Assembly: GCF_009834535.1 (NCBI RefSeq)
Contig: NC_045697.1
Span: 16,494,001 to 16,558,000, forward strand
Length of the DNA: 64,000 nt
Direction: 5' to 3'
From: Camelus ferus
Lineage: Eukaryota
Part shown: one piece after another, positions 23,046-35,760 of the stretch
Layout of the letters: each line of letters opens with the position of its first letter
Numbering within the stretch: position 1 is the first letter of the stretch
Position numbers and translations under genes: made by a program
The notes under the pieces: generated by a model
Database searches by the model: none
Told to the model about the DNA's origin: nothing
The model's input: the letters and a program-made list of their open reading frames with translations, nothing else

Positions 23046-25588
23046 TGGTAGAAGTAAGGGAGTTGTGTTAACTCTTTCCTCTTTATTGTCAGCTACTTCA
23101 CTAACATTTTCTCTTTCTTGTTCCCGACATTGTCTAGAGAAATTTTTAAATCATATCCATCCTTGGCTGCCTCTCACAATGCCGCCATCCGCATCACGGA
23201 GGGCGATGAGCCATTTAACATTTGCTTATGCTCCTTGGATACCTATCTCACCTGTCCCTGATTGCAGTTCCATCAAACCCTATGTTGCATAGAGACCGTG
23301 GAGAATCTGGTGAATCCTGTCTGGCCATTTTAATTGCATACGTGAAACCCTAATAGAATATTAGTGCCTCGCATAGAGTGGGCCCCTATCAAATGTTCCT
23401 TTTATTTAAGAGTCTTGCTTTATTTCCATCAGTTAACTACACCTTATAGCAGAGGATGAAGACAAATTCACACACACAGTTCCCTTCCCCACTAATGTGA
23501 AGTTTGAGTTTAGACTTCAGCAGGCCCAACCCAGGGACCCTTTGCTGATGTCAAAAATCACAGAGAGCCCAGCTACATCTCATAAGGACACCAAGACAAT
23601 CTCTCACAGTGATTTACCTGTGAGATTAATCATTTACTTTTTTTCAGGGATATTTTACAGTGCCTCTTTACAGAAGATGCCAGGCTGAATGTTACTCTGT
23701 ATTGGAGTTCTAAATGAATTGGGCCCACTCTTCTCAAAGGAATGAAGGGAAATGCATCTTTTAAAAATTAAGATTACCTCCCCTAACACCACCCCTCCCC
23801 TCCCCCAAGCCTCTTACATTGGTGCCAAATACAATCTCTGTACCAGTGTGTGCATATCTGAAAATCGCTGCATGGTGATCCTCTTGAGTCTATTCCTTTC
23901 TTTCTTTATTAATGAAAAGGTTTTTATTTGTGCCCTCCATTATTCCCAGAAGTCCAACACAAAACTGGATGGGGAACCATGATTTATCTTCTATTTGATA
24001 AAAACATCTGCAGAATAAAATGAGCCTCTTGATGCCGGAATTGTCATCAGTGATGACTTTGACAAAATGAGCAATACATAATTTGCTAGCTCCCTTGCGA
24101 AGCTGAAACAGATTGTCAAATAAAACACTGGAGGCGATGCACATGTGCTGAGTAGACCAGCTCTGAATGGGAACACACACAGGTGGTGGCCTAGCAGCGG
24201 CTCTAAGAAAGAGGACTGCCCTAATTTGGAGGGTCATTTGCATCTGAAAATGCTCATTTCTAAATAGTGAATATTCCCTTTAGGAAAAGGGAATGGATAC
24301 TGCCCAAACTGCAGCTATTTCTGTCCTTTGGAAACTTGAATGAATCAGAGAGCCCGAGCAAAGGAGAGAGCAAGTTACACTCAAACAAACTGTCCTGAAA
24401 TAGTGGACTTTAGAGAATACAAATCAGTGATATATGAAAAAGACGCTTACAGAAATCAATTGCTTTATGGGTAAAGATGGATTTTCCATCAACACAAAGC
24501 ATGGAAAGTATACTAATGGGTATATTCAGTATGCATTTTAAGAAATGGCAAGCAAATGCTTTTATTAATCTTTCTATCTGAAAAGTACAGCAGAAATCAT
24601 GTGATTATTTTAAGCCTGGATTTCACAAGTCAATACTAGTTGCCAGGATAGGCAATCAAAGCTTTTATATCCTGAAGATTTGAGTCTTCACCTGAGAGAT
24701 CATGCCTCTACTGGAATTCCTGTTAAGTTCAGTTCTTCCCTCAAAAGAAAAAAGCAACTGATGTTTTGCCATCACTGTTACATTATTTACTCAAAATGTT
24801 AGTGTATATATATATTTCTAATAAGCTTTTAGTTTAGAATAAATTTAGATTTACAGAAAAATTGTGAAGACAGTACAGGGGGTCCCTTAGAGCCCACAAC
24901 CAGTTTCTCCTGTCATTGACATTTTATATTAGAATGATACATTTATCAGAATGAATGGACCACTGTTAGTACATTTTATGCACCTCATACAGATTCTCCA
25001 TACAAATTTTCTTAGATTTTCTTAATTTTAAAAATTTCTTTGTTTTTACCGAAGTAAACTAACTTTCTGTTCCAGGATATCATCCAGGACCCCTTATTAC
25101 ATTTAATAACCATGTTTCTTTAGGCTCCTCTTGGCTGTAACAGCTTCTCAGAACTTTCCTCAGTTTTAGCGGCCTTGATAGTTCTGAGAAATACAGGTCC
25201 TGTGTTGTGTAGTTTTTTCGATTTGGATTTGTCTCATGTTTTTCTTACGGTTAAACTGGGGTTATGGGGTTTTGGGAGGAAGACCACAGAAGTGAAATGT
25301 CATCTCATCCAATCATATTAAGAGTGCATGCTAGCAACGTGACTTGCGTTGAGGTTAATTTTGGTCATTTGGTTAAAGTAGTGCTTGTCGGGTTTCTCCA
25401 CTGTAAAATTGTATTTGTGTCTCTTTCCAGGCATTAGTCCTTAGAAGCAAGTCACTAAGGACATATTCATACTAAAGAAGCAAAACACTTAAACTCCACC
25501 TACTTGAGAGGGTATTATCTACATCACTAATTTGGAATTCTTCTGTATGAGAGATTTTTATATGTGGGATTATGATACAATACTTACT

Positions 25589-26049
25589 ATCTTTATTAGG
25601 CTTTTACAGAGAAACTGAATGAATAGGAGATATCTATCTATCAATCTATTGATCTATCTATCTGTCTTTCTATCTATCTATCTATAGAGAGAGAGAGAAA
25701 GATTTTAAGGAATGGCTCATGTGATTGTAGGGGCTGGCAAGCCCAAAGCTTGCAGGGTAGCCTGGCAGGCTGGAGATCCAGGGAAGATTTGCAGCTAGAG
25801 TCTAAAGGCAGTCTGCTGGAAGAATTTCTCTTTTTCTCAGGGGAAGCCAGTCTTTTTTCTACTAAAGGATTTCAACTGACTGGATAAGGCTCACTCACAT
25901 TATGGAGAATAAGCTGCTTTAATCAAGTCTAATGACTTAAATGTTAATGTCATCTAAAAATATCTTTATAGAAAAATTTTAAATAATATTTGACCAAATA
26001 TCTGGGTACCATGGCACAGGCAAGTTGATATGTAAAATTAACCATCACA
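25589..26049 (-). mobile_element. MLT2 (ERVL) solo LTR with internal (TCTA)n/(GA)n
   Basis: Ends caagttgatatgtaaaattaaccatcaca (reverse complement of the MLT2 start). Also aaggaatggctcatgtgattgtaggggctggcaag. Possible TSD TTACT. Confidence 0.88.
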
Positions 26050-26217
26050 TTACTTCAATTATTTTATTGCTCAAAGAGGTTCTAAATTTGGTCTTTGGGA
26101 GCTCTTTCGGTGATCTCCCATGACCCTTTGACAAACACCCATTATTGTAGGGGTGTTTTTCTTTTTTCTTTTTTGGAGAACCTTACTTTCTGGCATTGTG
26201 AGAAACTCAGACTCATG

Positions 26218-26917
26218 CAGTAGTCCCCTCTTTATCCACAGGGAATACATTCCAAGAACCCCAGTGGATGCCTGAAACTACAAATTGTACCCAATCCTAT
26301 ATATACTGTTTTTTTCTATACTCACACACCTATGATAAAGTTTAGTTAAAATTAGGTACAGTAAGAGATAAACAACAATAACTGATAATAAAATAGAAAA
26401 ATTTTAAAGTAAAAATAGACGAATATCTGTTGCATACTTAAAAAATAGAGCAATTATAACAATATACTGTAATAAAAGTTATGTGAATGGGGTCTCTCTT
26501 TCTCATAATATTTTTTGTACTGTACTCACCCTTCTTATGATGATAGGAGATGGTAAAATGACTATGTGATGAGACAAACTGAACTGAAATATGTAGGCAT
26601 TGTGACATAGCGTTTGACTGCTGTTGACCATCTGATGATATGTCAGCAGGGTCGTCTGCTTCAGGTGATCTTAGATCATCGAGCCATAATGATGTTGATG
26701 GTTGGCAATCAGGAGCAGATGATGTCGATTGTTGGGGATCCCAGCTGAGATGGAGTGGAATAGAGCAAGATTCCATCATGCTACTCAGAATGGCAAGCAA
26801 CTTAAAAATTATGAATTGTTTATTTCTGGAATTTCCCATTTAATATTTATGGACCTCTGTTGGCCAGAGGTAACTAAAACCTCAAAAAGTAAAACCATGG
26901 ATAAGGAGAGATTACTG
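26218..26917. mobile_element. MER44/Tigger7-type Tc1-mariner non-autonomous DNA transposon (700 bp)
   Basis: Terminal inverted repeats cagtagtcccctctttatcc / ggataaggagagattactg. Internal aattatgaattgtttatttctggaattt motif. Confidence 0.88.
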
Positions 26918-26989
26918 TGTTGTGTATTTATTTCCTCCCACAGTCCTAAATCAGCCGTTTCTCCAAGCATTCTGAGAGAACACACCATG

Positions 26990-27180
26990 GCATTTCTACT
27001 TATAAAAATAGTAATTTTATCAGATCAAGGTCCCATCTTTATGATTTCATTTAACCCTAATTGCTTCCTTAAAGGTCTTATCTCCTAATACAGCCACACT
27101 GGGGTGGTGGGGGGTGGTTATTGCTTCAATATATAAATTTTTTGTTGTGGGGGGGACACAAACATTCAGTTCATAACCTA
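26990..27180 (-). mobile_element. MLT1 (MaLR) LTR fragment
   Basis: ttcatttaaccctaattgcttccttaaagg...ggggggacacaaacattcagttcataac. Confidence 0.8.
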
Positions 27181-29125
27181 TCATTTCCTTTCTGCCTGAA
27201 GAACTTTCAACACTTTTCACAGGGTAGGTGTGCTGGAGATAAAACTCTTTGGTTTCTATTAGTCTGAGAGTGTATTTCTCCTTTACTTTTAAAGGATAAT
27301 TTTGCTGAATGTCGAATTCTAGATTGGTGATGTGAGATTGGTGGTTCTCTCAGTATTTTAAATATTTCACTCCACCATTCTTCTTGCTTGCACTGTTTTT
27401 GATGAAGAGTCTGCAGTAATGATTATTCCTGTCTTCAATAGGTAAGATGTGTTTTCCTCCCCACTGATTTCTCTCAAGATTTCTCATTTTTATTTTTCCT
27501 GTAGTTTTAATATAATATACCTAAGTGTAGTATTTTTTGTATTTATCATGTTTTGTGTTCCATGATCTCCCTGGATTTGTGGTCTGCTGTCTTTCATTAA
27601 TTTTGGAAAGTTCTCAGCTTTTATTACTTCAAGTATTTATTCTGCTTAGTTCTCCTTTCTTCTTCTTCTATTCCAATGATATATATGTTACCCCTTTTGA
27701 TATTGTCCCACAGTTCCTAAATGTCTGTTCTCTTTTCAAAATGCTTTGAGAAAAAAAGAATTGCATTTCAGTTTGGGAAGTTGCTATTGACCTGTTTTCA
27801 AATTCACAGATTCTTTCTTGGCCATGTCAACTCTACTTATAAACCTATCAAAAAGAATTCTTCAATTCTTCCTTAGGGTTTCCATATTTATTCATATTAC
27901 ATCTGTTGTTTCATGTTTATTACTTTTTTTTATGGAGCCCTTAACATGCTAATTATAGTCATTTTAGATACTCTGATAGTTCCCAAATCTGTGTTGTATC
28001 TGAATCTGATTCTCATGCTTACTTTGTCTCTTCAGACCTTTTCTGTTGTTTGATTATTCGGTTTTGTCTTTTGGCATACCGTGTAATTTTTTTTCTTGAA
28101 AGCTGGACATATTGTATTGACTAACAGAAATTGAGGAATTAACCTTTAGTATGTAGATTTAGGTTAATCTGCCTAGGAGTTGGACTGTGTTTAATGTTTG
28201 CTGTAGCTGTAGGTGCTAGAGGCTTTAAATTCCTCTAATGTCCTTGTTTTGGTCTTTCCTATGTGTTACTCTTCAGGAAGAGTCTGTATGTGCAGCTTTT
28301 CCAGGTAGAACATTATTGTACCAGAGCCCTGTTTGTAGAACGGTAAAGTGTGGGGAAAGCAGAGTGTTCTATAATTTGCTGATTAATTTTCAGCCCTTTG
28401 ATGGGTCTTTTTATTCAGGGCTTTTTTTTTCAGACCTTCATTAATGTTTCCTCCACAAGGTTTTCTAAACACAAGCCCTTTATTCCCTTCCATAGCTACA
28501 GTGTTCCCAAACAATTTCCTTGAACAATGAACCCTGCAGACTGTATTTCCCCCATACGTGAAATGAAGGCTGAAAGGGGCTGGAGTGGGAGGAATTTCAG
28601 TCCCTCAGCTGAGATTAGGCTCTGGCAAAGCTCTTTCTTCCTTGAAGAGTAGGCCTTTGTTATGGAGAAAGTTCTGGGTATATTTCACAATGATTACCCT
28701 TCCCTTCCCTTTGCCAGAGCCATGAGGGTGTTTCCCCTGAAATATTACAAGAACCTCCTGGAGTTCCTGGAGGTAAAACCCAGAGAATCATGCCCCACCT
28801 CTCCTAAGACTTCGGCCACCAGGTATTTCTCAATAGCCTGCTAGTCCACACCCAGCCACAAGCAAGTCATCAAAATTACCACTTAAATGTAACTGCCAGA
28901 TTATGGCCCCAGGACTTCCGTCCCAGGTAAGCAGATATAGGCTGTATCTCATCTAGAAGCACCTCCCTCTAGTGATTTCAGGGCATTGGTTTGCCCTGAG
29001 ACCTTGATTCTCTGATTGGTCCAAGAGACAGTCACTGATTTTTCAGGTTGCCGAGATTGTCTTGTTGTCAGATTGAGGGTGACAACTTTCAATCACTCGA
29101 TGCTTTAGGATTGAAGCCAGCAGTC
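27181..29125 (-). mobile_element. Old L1M ORF1/5' region remnant
   Basis: atttctcctttacttttaaaggataattttgctgaatgtcgaattctagattgg; taattttggaaagttctcagc; ttttcttgaaagctggacat. Confidence 0.75.
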
Positions 29126-30684
29126 TATATTTTTTTACACTCTATTTAATTTTGCACACATAATTTATACTAGTCTTTTAAATGAGAATTTCTAAATGAC
29201 CATGTCAGAGAAATTGTTTTTTGCCTTCGTCTTGTGTGTGCATCATTATTTTAAAATGTTCTATCCACCCCAATTCATCAGGAGGGATTTTTGTTCATGT
29301 ATTTCACGTTCCTCATCTATGATAAGTCATATCAAACTCTCCATTAAAGACTAAAGATTAAAATACAGAAACTTTTATATTTTCTTATGATATCAAATAG
29401 TAAATAATCAATCAGAACAGTTTATGAGTCATATATAACCCCAGGCATCATTCATTATGGGAACACACAGCCTATAATGGCCAAACTAAAATGACAGGGC
29501 GAGAAGAGTGTTTTTAAAACTGCAGTGCATAAATTCTGGCTGTTGTGTTTTTATCTTTTTCACTACTTCTAGCTCTTTTTGTTTTTTTTTTTGTTTTTTT
29601 TTTTTTTGGTGGTACTTTATGGATTCAGTAATTGAAAACTTAAGAGTCTTGGCTAATGAATATGTCAAAGCATGGGACAAAGTGTAACCTGGTGCTTCCT
29701 GACAGTAAATGTTTAATCCTCCTTCCTGGAGAGACTTCAGAAAACTCTAGTAATTGAGGAAGCAAGAATATCTAACCCTGGAGTACAACTTTTTATGAAC
29801 ACTGTGTAGTTCATGGCACACAAGGGATCTTTTAAAAACAGAGCATTGGTGTTCAGTAAGTTTACCCTTTGACAAATGATTGTTTTACTGTATACAATAC
29901 TCCCTACAAAACTTTTACTGCTATTACACAAAAGAGTAATAAAATGAGATACACCTTTTTTCCTTCTCTGTTTATGCAACTCTTTTGCCCCTGTAACTAA
30001 GCCTAATATTTACCTGAGAGAGAAAAAAATAATTCTGGGGAAACTCATGCAGGGTTGATACAATAAGCAATGAGCTAACCTAAGGAAGTAGTTATTGACT
30101 TAATACTGAATGACACCCCTCTCCCCATATTCTACCAGTCTACACCTGGAAAGCCGGTAACAGTGATCCTTCCAAAAGAAGCATCACCCAAGCTTAAAAG
30201 GAAGATCTCTCTGTAAAGGTGAAGAGGTATTTCCCATTTATGGATGTTTTCTTGTGCCATCCGAATGGGAAAGTGTTCAATATGAATGCAGAAATTTACA
30301 AGTGTCCCTCCTACCCTCCCCCCACACCCCTGTGCTGTGTGCCTGAAGAGAAACTCTTCCAGAGATGATAGCCTATGGAAATAACAATACACTCCATTAA
30401 TTACTCTCTCCAAGGGAGAGACATGTGACACATCTTACAGATTCAGCTCAAAAGACAGAAAATCCAGAGCACTCATTATATGTTTTCTCCTGACACAGCA
30501 CATTAAAATCTGAAAAAAGAAGGCCATCTTATCATAAAGTCAGCAAAAAAGAAAACAAAACAATGCTCTCCTGTTTGCACACCTCTGGTCATTTGGAAGA
30601 TTATGCATTATGCTACAAATATTGTTCTCAAAGCTCCCACATGGTGTGGTGCAGGGGACACGGAATGGCTAATTAAAAACAAAT

Positions 30685-30862
30685 TAAATCTCCATGACTT
30701 CTTAATCCATGTGATCTTCTAAGAGTTATTTAAACTCTCTGTTCCTCATACTTAAATTACTACTTATCTTCAAAGGTTGTAGTAAGAATTTTTATGAGAC
30801 AGTAAAAATAAAACACCTAAGAAAGGGTTTAGCACAAAAAATAACTTAGCAAGTGTTTGTTT
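30685..30862 (+). mobile_element. MIR SINE
   Basis: tgtgatctt...gttatttaaactctctgttcctca...ggttgtagtaagaatt. Confidence 0.7.
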
Positions 30863-31394
30863 CTTCTGGCTTGACAGTCTCTCGGTAGGCAAATGAGACC
30901 GAAAATATAGCCACTGGTAGGTTGGAAGACAGTCCCTAGAAATCTCAACAATTTCATCTAGTCTACAGTCCTTTGTGCTTCATTGGTGAAAGCTTCTTTC
31001 TCCTTCTTTTTTCAGGCCTTTCTCATCAACATACCAAGTCGCAGGTTTTCACTAAAGGCCGCCATCTTAGATCTCTAATAGTCTAGGTACATTGGAGGGG
31101 CCAAAGCTAGACTGCTCAGAGAACACCACTTCCTTGACCAAAATGATTGATCTGGGGTTAGGAAGGAAATGCAACCAGGGAAAACCAGAATCTCTCACTA
31201 AAATTTTTCAAATGGTTGCTGGAAAAAAAAAAGAAAGAATTTCCCATCAAAAGAAATAAGAGTTTAGAAATTGGTTGCGTGAGTACTGTTCTCTGCCTGA
31301 GGAGAAAGCCAGTTTGCAATAGAAAGAAATGCACTGACAAGCAAAAGGAAGCTTCAAGTATTCTTATTCCGCTGTGATGCTCTTGAAAATTAAG

Positions 31395-31650
31395 ACATTC
31401 CTTTTAAGATTCAGTGTGGGTGTCACCTCCTCTAGGAAGTCTGTCATGATTCTACCAGGCTGGATTTAGCGATCTATCATCTGTTCTCATACAGAATTCT
31501 GTGACCACTTCCATTCCAACTCTGACCACTTTATAATGATGTATCAATTGCTCTCCCTGTCATCACTAGTCCCTAAGAGACACAAAAGATGTTTTATCTT
31601 TTAGTACCCAGTACTTCTCTTGGTACTGAATGCATCGTAGTCTCTAGGAC
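31395..31650 (+). mobile_element. L2 LINE 3' fragment
   Basis: ttaagattcag...tgtcacctcctctaggaagtct. Confidence 0.65.
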
Positions 31651-32594
31651 ACAGACATATAATTCTATTTTAACTAACGCTTCTGATTTTAGTTTAGTTC
31701 CTTGTTGCCCAGCAGTCCACAGCTGTGCCACCATATTTGAAATTTCATCTTCATATGACTTTATGGTTGTTTTGATTACTCTGGTTGAGACTTGATGACT
31801 TAAACACATACATAGCTTTATTTGAACATCTTTTTACTATCATCATAGACAACTAAAAACAATCCTGAAAAAAAAAAAAGATGAAAAGAAAAAAAAAAAA
31901 ACTATCTTTCTGGGAAAGTATTCATATTATGATAGAAAATCCTGCCCATCTATACACAAATGATCTGTGTTTAGTTTTGGCAAAGAAGTAGCCACACTTC
32001 TATTTGAATGTTTGTCTTATTTTTAAATGCTACCCTGTTTGTTTGTATCAATTATGAAAGTGTTTCAACCCACAAACAAAAATATCATATGTTTAATGTC
32101 AAAGTTCAGGAAAAGAAAAGCCATAATGTTTTTACACTTTAGTTCAGTAGGTTTTGCATATATTTATTTATCAAGATTCTTGAATGTGCAAGATTCTTAA
32201 ATGAATTGACATGAACCTAAAGTGAAATGATCTTCACACTCCCTAAACTTTCCTCCAGGAAACAGTAATCAGAAGACAAAGACTGAAATGCCCCCTGGCA
32301 AGAAGAGGTTGGAAAATAAAGGAGACAATTTCCTAAGAAGGGCAGGAAAAGGTTGTTTGGGCTTGTCCTTCTCAAGGTTTTTACTAATTCTCCTACAGAA
32401 TGTCATCACTGAGTTTTCAATACTTAAATGTCCTTCACAATTCGAGAGTTTCTCTTAGATTCAATTTCCCCCAAATGCCTTTTAAGCCAATCCATCGTCA
32501 ATGCCATTGAGAGAGGATTTATGATCCACCTCTTCATTTGGATTGCTCATCCAGCTGTCCAAATCAAAGAGCAGGACCAGCCCTGATTTTGGTA

Positions 32595-32865
32595 CCAGGG
32601 AAGCTGGTGTTCAAATCCAGTTTTCACTAAACTCAGGCTGGGATCTTCATCAAGCCTCAATGTTTCTAACCCTCAATTTAATTGCATGAAAACTGTGACT
32701 AAGTGATACCAACCTCTCATTGTTCTTAAATCTCAATTTAATTGTATAAAAGCTGCCGCTAAGTGATACTTTCAAGGTTGTTGCATGAAAAAATGAGATT
32801 TATATCCAAAGTATATAGTACAGTGCATGACATGCAGAAGATGCTGTAAAAAGGTACTTGTTATC
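32595..32865 (+). mobile_element. MIR SINE with internal 60-bp duplication
   Basis: gttcaaatccagttttcac...ggttgttgcatgaaaaaatgagat...tacagtgcatgacatgcag. Confidence 0.65.
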
Positions 32866-33545
32866 CAACAGCATTATGAGACCTGGTATTTGTGCCAGGT
32901 ATTGTGCTGAGCACTAGTAAATAGGGGGTGAGGGCAAGTTACTTCTGCCTGAGAGGTACCTTCTGGAGAGGACAGACCCTTAACAAATAAATGAATGTAT
33001 GAGGGATAAATGAGTGAATAACTACAGATTTTTTAAAAATACCATGAAAAGGAACAACAGTGAAGAAGATGTTGGTAAAGTATAGGGAGATGATTTAGAT
33101 AAGGCTTTCTGAATATGTGATATTTGCATTGACACCTTTTGAGGACCGTGGTCCAGCCAGTGGAAGTCCCTTAGGGAAAAACACATGCAAAGGCCCTGGG
33201 GCAGTAACGGACTTGACTTTCAGGGGACTGAAAGGAAGCTAGCATGGATGGACCTCAGAGAACAGCTGGATTTTGGAATAAGACTAGTTTTAGAGATGGG
33301 CAATAAAAAACAAGAAGCAATGGCAAGAGTTTAAATTTGACTCTATGAGCAATGGGAAAGGAGGTCTTGAAAGACTTGAGCAGAAGAGTAGCTTGCTTGA
33401 GTAATCTGGTGTGTGCTGAATAGACTACAGAAGGGCAAAGTTTGAGACAGGAACACCAGCCAAAAGGTTTTCAGAGTGGTCCGGTGGAGAAATGACAGTA
33501 ATTTGTACTTAGGTGATAGTCATGGAAATGAGGACATTTGCACAT
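32866..33545 (-). mobile_element. L2 LINE 3' region
   Basis: tgtgccaggtattgtgctgagcact; acatgcaaaggccctggggcag; gagcaatgggaa. Confidence 0.8.
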
Positions 33546-34060
33546 GTTATGATGAGGAACATCAGCCACACTATATCAAAACACCTACACTCAGCGTGGG
33601 CTTGCAGCTTCCTCAAAGTTCCACTTCCTCAACTCTCTATATTTTGTTAGATCAAAAGCTCCTGTGAGGCTGGGATCTCCATCTTACTTGTCTGGCTTGA
33701 CAACTCTCTCCATCCCTTCATTCAAAAACAAACATATAACATTTGGGCAACAGTCAGAAAAAAATGGCCAAGATAAATAAGTGATAAGGGTTACAATGGG
33801 CAATTTGCCAGCTTAATTATCTCTGGTTCTGTTCCCCTTTAGAAAAGGATTGCAAGTGCCCTTCCTCAGAAACCTGAGGTCCCCTGCCATGCTTCAGAAT
33901 GCTACCCATACGAACAGTGCAGAAGAGTCTGCCTGATTATCAGGTTTAGAAAGAGTTTCTTTGAACATCTCATCATAATCAGAGGTGAGTTCTGGCTCTG
34001 GCATTATTGCTGGCCATAATTAGCTCTAGTTAAACCGTCTCTGTGCATCCTGGCAGGCAG

Positions 34061-34219
34061 ATCACCTACATCAATACTGCTACCAGCTTAAGCTTGCTCT
34101 GGGGAGACATTGTGTGTGACAGACTTTATCTTCAGGGCACACTGCCACCGATTGCAGCTGCAGAATCCATCGCTCTGCTCAGTTCAGCTAGAACCGTATT
34201 TGATCGCTGGGACTTACGG
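34061..34219 (+). other. Exon-like or conserved-element candidate (159 nt, open phase 0/0)
   Basis: Preceded by cagGCAG, followed by strong donor CGG|gtgagt. Open 53-codon frame and local CpG retention. Peptide not recognised. Confidence 0.3.
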
Positions 34220-34332
34220 GTGAGTGTCAGAATAACAAGGATACTAATCATCTCCAATGGCACGGCACCGTTCATCCAGGGATCTCCGAGGACATTGCCT
34301 GAGTTAATTAATTCTGACAATGCCTCTGTGAG

Positions 34333-34425
34333 CTAGGTAACTGTTATTATTCCCATTTTACAGATGAGGAGACTGAGTAATGGAGACATTAAACAGCTTG
34401 TTCAAGGTCACTCAACAGAGAGATG
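34333..34425 (-). mobile_element. MIR SINE core
   Basis: ttattattcccattttacagatgaggagactgag...ttgttcaaggtcac. Confidence 0.9.
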
Positions 34426-34855
34426 GAAACTCAAAAAACACCCCTGCGTCCACTGAGCCTCTGTCTGCCTTGTCAATTAAGTACATCAGCTCATCATTGC
34501 TTGCTGCTTCTTAGACGATCATGTTTTATTAATGTACACTGTTAAGCAGCTGCCACATTTCACCCAAGAGGTAGCCACCTTTCAATCAAGGAGAGAGTAA
34601 TTCTGGTTTACAGCTACTGTGGTAGCAAACGCTAAAGGGAAGTGAAGCTGCCTGCCTTCTATTATATCACTCACTCTTTGCCCTTAAAGACTTCTTGCTT
34701 GGGGAAAAAAAAATCTGGTCAGAAACTTTTGATTGGTTGCATTGCACTGAAAGGTAATTGGGGATAATTTTTAATGTAGGTGGAATATAAATGACAACCG
34801 TATTTTTTAATAAGAGAGGGAAAGCTGCCTTGTTATAAAACATAACCAAATTCAT

Positions 34856-35226
34856 TATTTTTTTGAAGTATATTTGATTTACAATGTTGTGTTAATTTCT
34901 GGTATATAGCACGGTGATTCATTTTACATATACATATATATATATATTCCTTTCCATATTCTTTTTCATTGTAAGCCATTACAAGGTATTGAATATAGTT
35001 CCCTGTGTTGGACCTGGTTGTTTATCTGTTTTATATATAGGTTATGTGTCTGCTAATCTCAAACTCCCCATTTACCCCTCCCCACTGTGAGTCTGTCTCT
35101 GCTTTGTAAATAAGTTCATTTCTGTCCCTCTTTTTTAGATTCTACATAGAGGTGATACCATGTGGTATTTTTCTTTCTCCTTCTGGCTTACTTCACTTAG
35201 TATGACTGATCTTCAGGTCCATCTAT
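34856..35226 (-). mobile_element. Young truncated L1 3' end
   Basis: ttttgaagtatatttgatttacaatgttgtgttaatttctgg...aatatagttccctgtg...ggcttacttcacttagtatga. Similar to the reverse complement of 14920-15320. Confidence 0.9.
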
Positions 35227-35599
35227 GGTTTACTTCAACAGCAATAGAAAAGTGACTGAAATAAACACGTGAAATGTTCTACATACTGATCTGAAGAGAG
35301 ATGAGGGACTTTGAAAGCAGAAAAAGAGTAACTGGGTAGAAATTTTTAAACCCTCCCTTCGGTCAGGGAGTGATCCAATTTTTGTTCTTTGCAGGATTCC
35401 AGAGTTAATGGAAAGGTGGAGGGCAGAGAAGCCAAGCCTGAGACAGATGTGAAGAAAGGGAAATTTGTTTTCAAGGCCCTGCCCTGACCTTTTCTTTGCT
35501 TTCCTGCGCAGTAGCGGGTGGCTGGGAGAGAGAGGGTTTAGGAATAGAAAAATATTTTGCCACTTTTAGTTGACTCACCTTGAGAAAGACTCTTTTTTA

Positions 35600-35760
35600 A
35601 TTTTCTAAACCCCCATTTCCTCATCTGCAAATCTGGACTATAATCCACCTTGCAGGTTTATAGAGAAGATGAAATGAAAGGGCAACTGAAGAGTCTAGTA
35701 CCAGCCTTAGCAGGTGACAGACGCTCAAGAAAAGGTAGGTAATACAGCTATTGTTAGTAG
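35600..35760 (+). mobile_element. MIR SINE
   Basis: tttcctcatctgcaaat...gagaagatgaaatga. Confidence 0.7.

Larger units (their letters stand above)
24815..26975 (-). mobile_element. L1MC-type 3' end, interrupted by MLT2 and Tigger insertions
   Basis: tttagatttacagaaaaattgtgaagacagtacag, aggctcctcttggctgtaacag, ttttgggaggaagaccacagaagtgaaatg. L1 sequence resumes at ~26050-26215 and ~26918-26975. Confidence 0.8.

Noticed and set aside
26438..27088. Overlapping 133-aa and 119-aa ORFs
   Set aside because: They lie within the MER44/Tigger element and its flank, and show no recognisable transposase domain.
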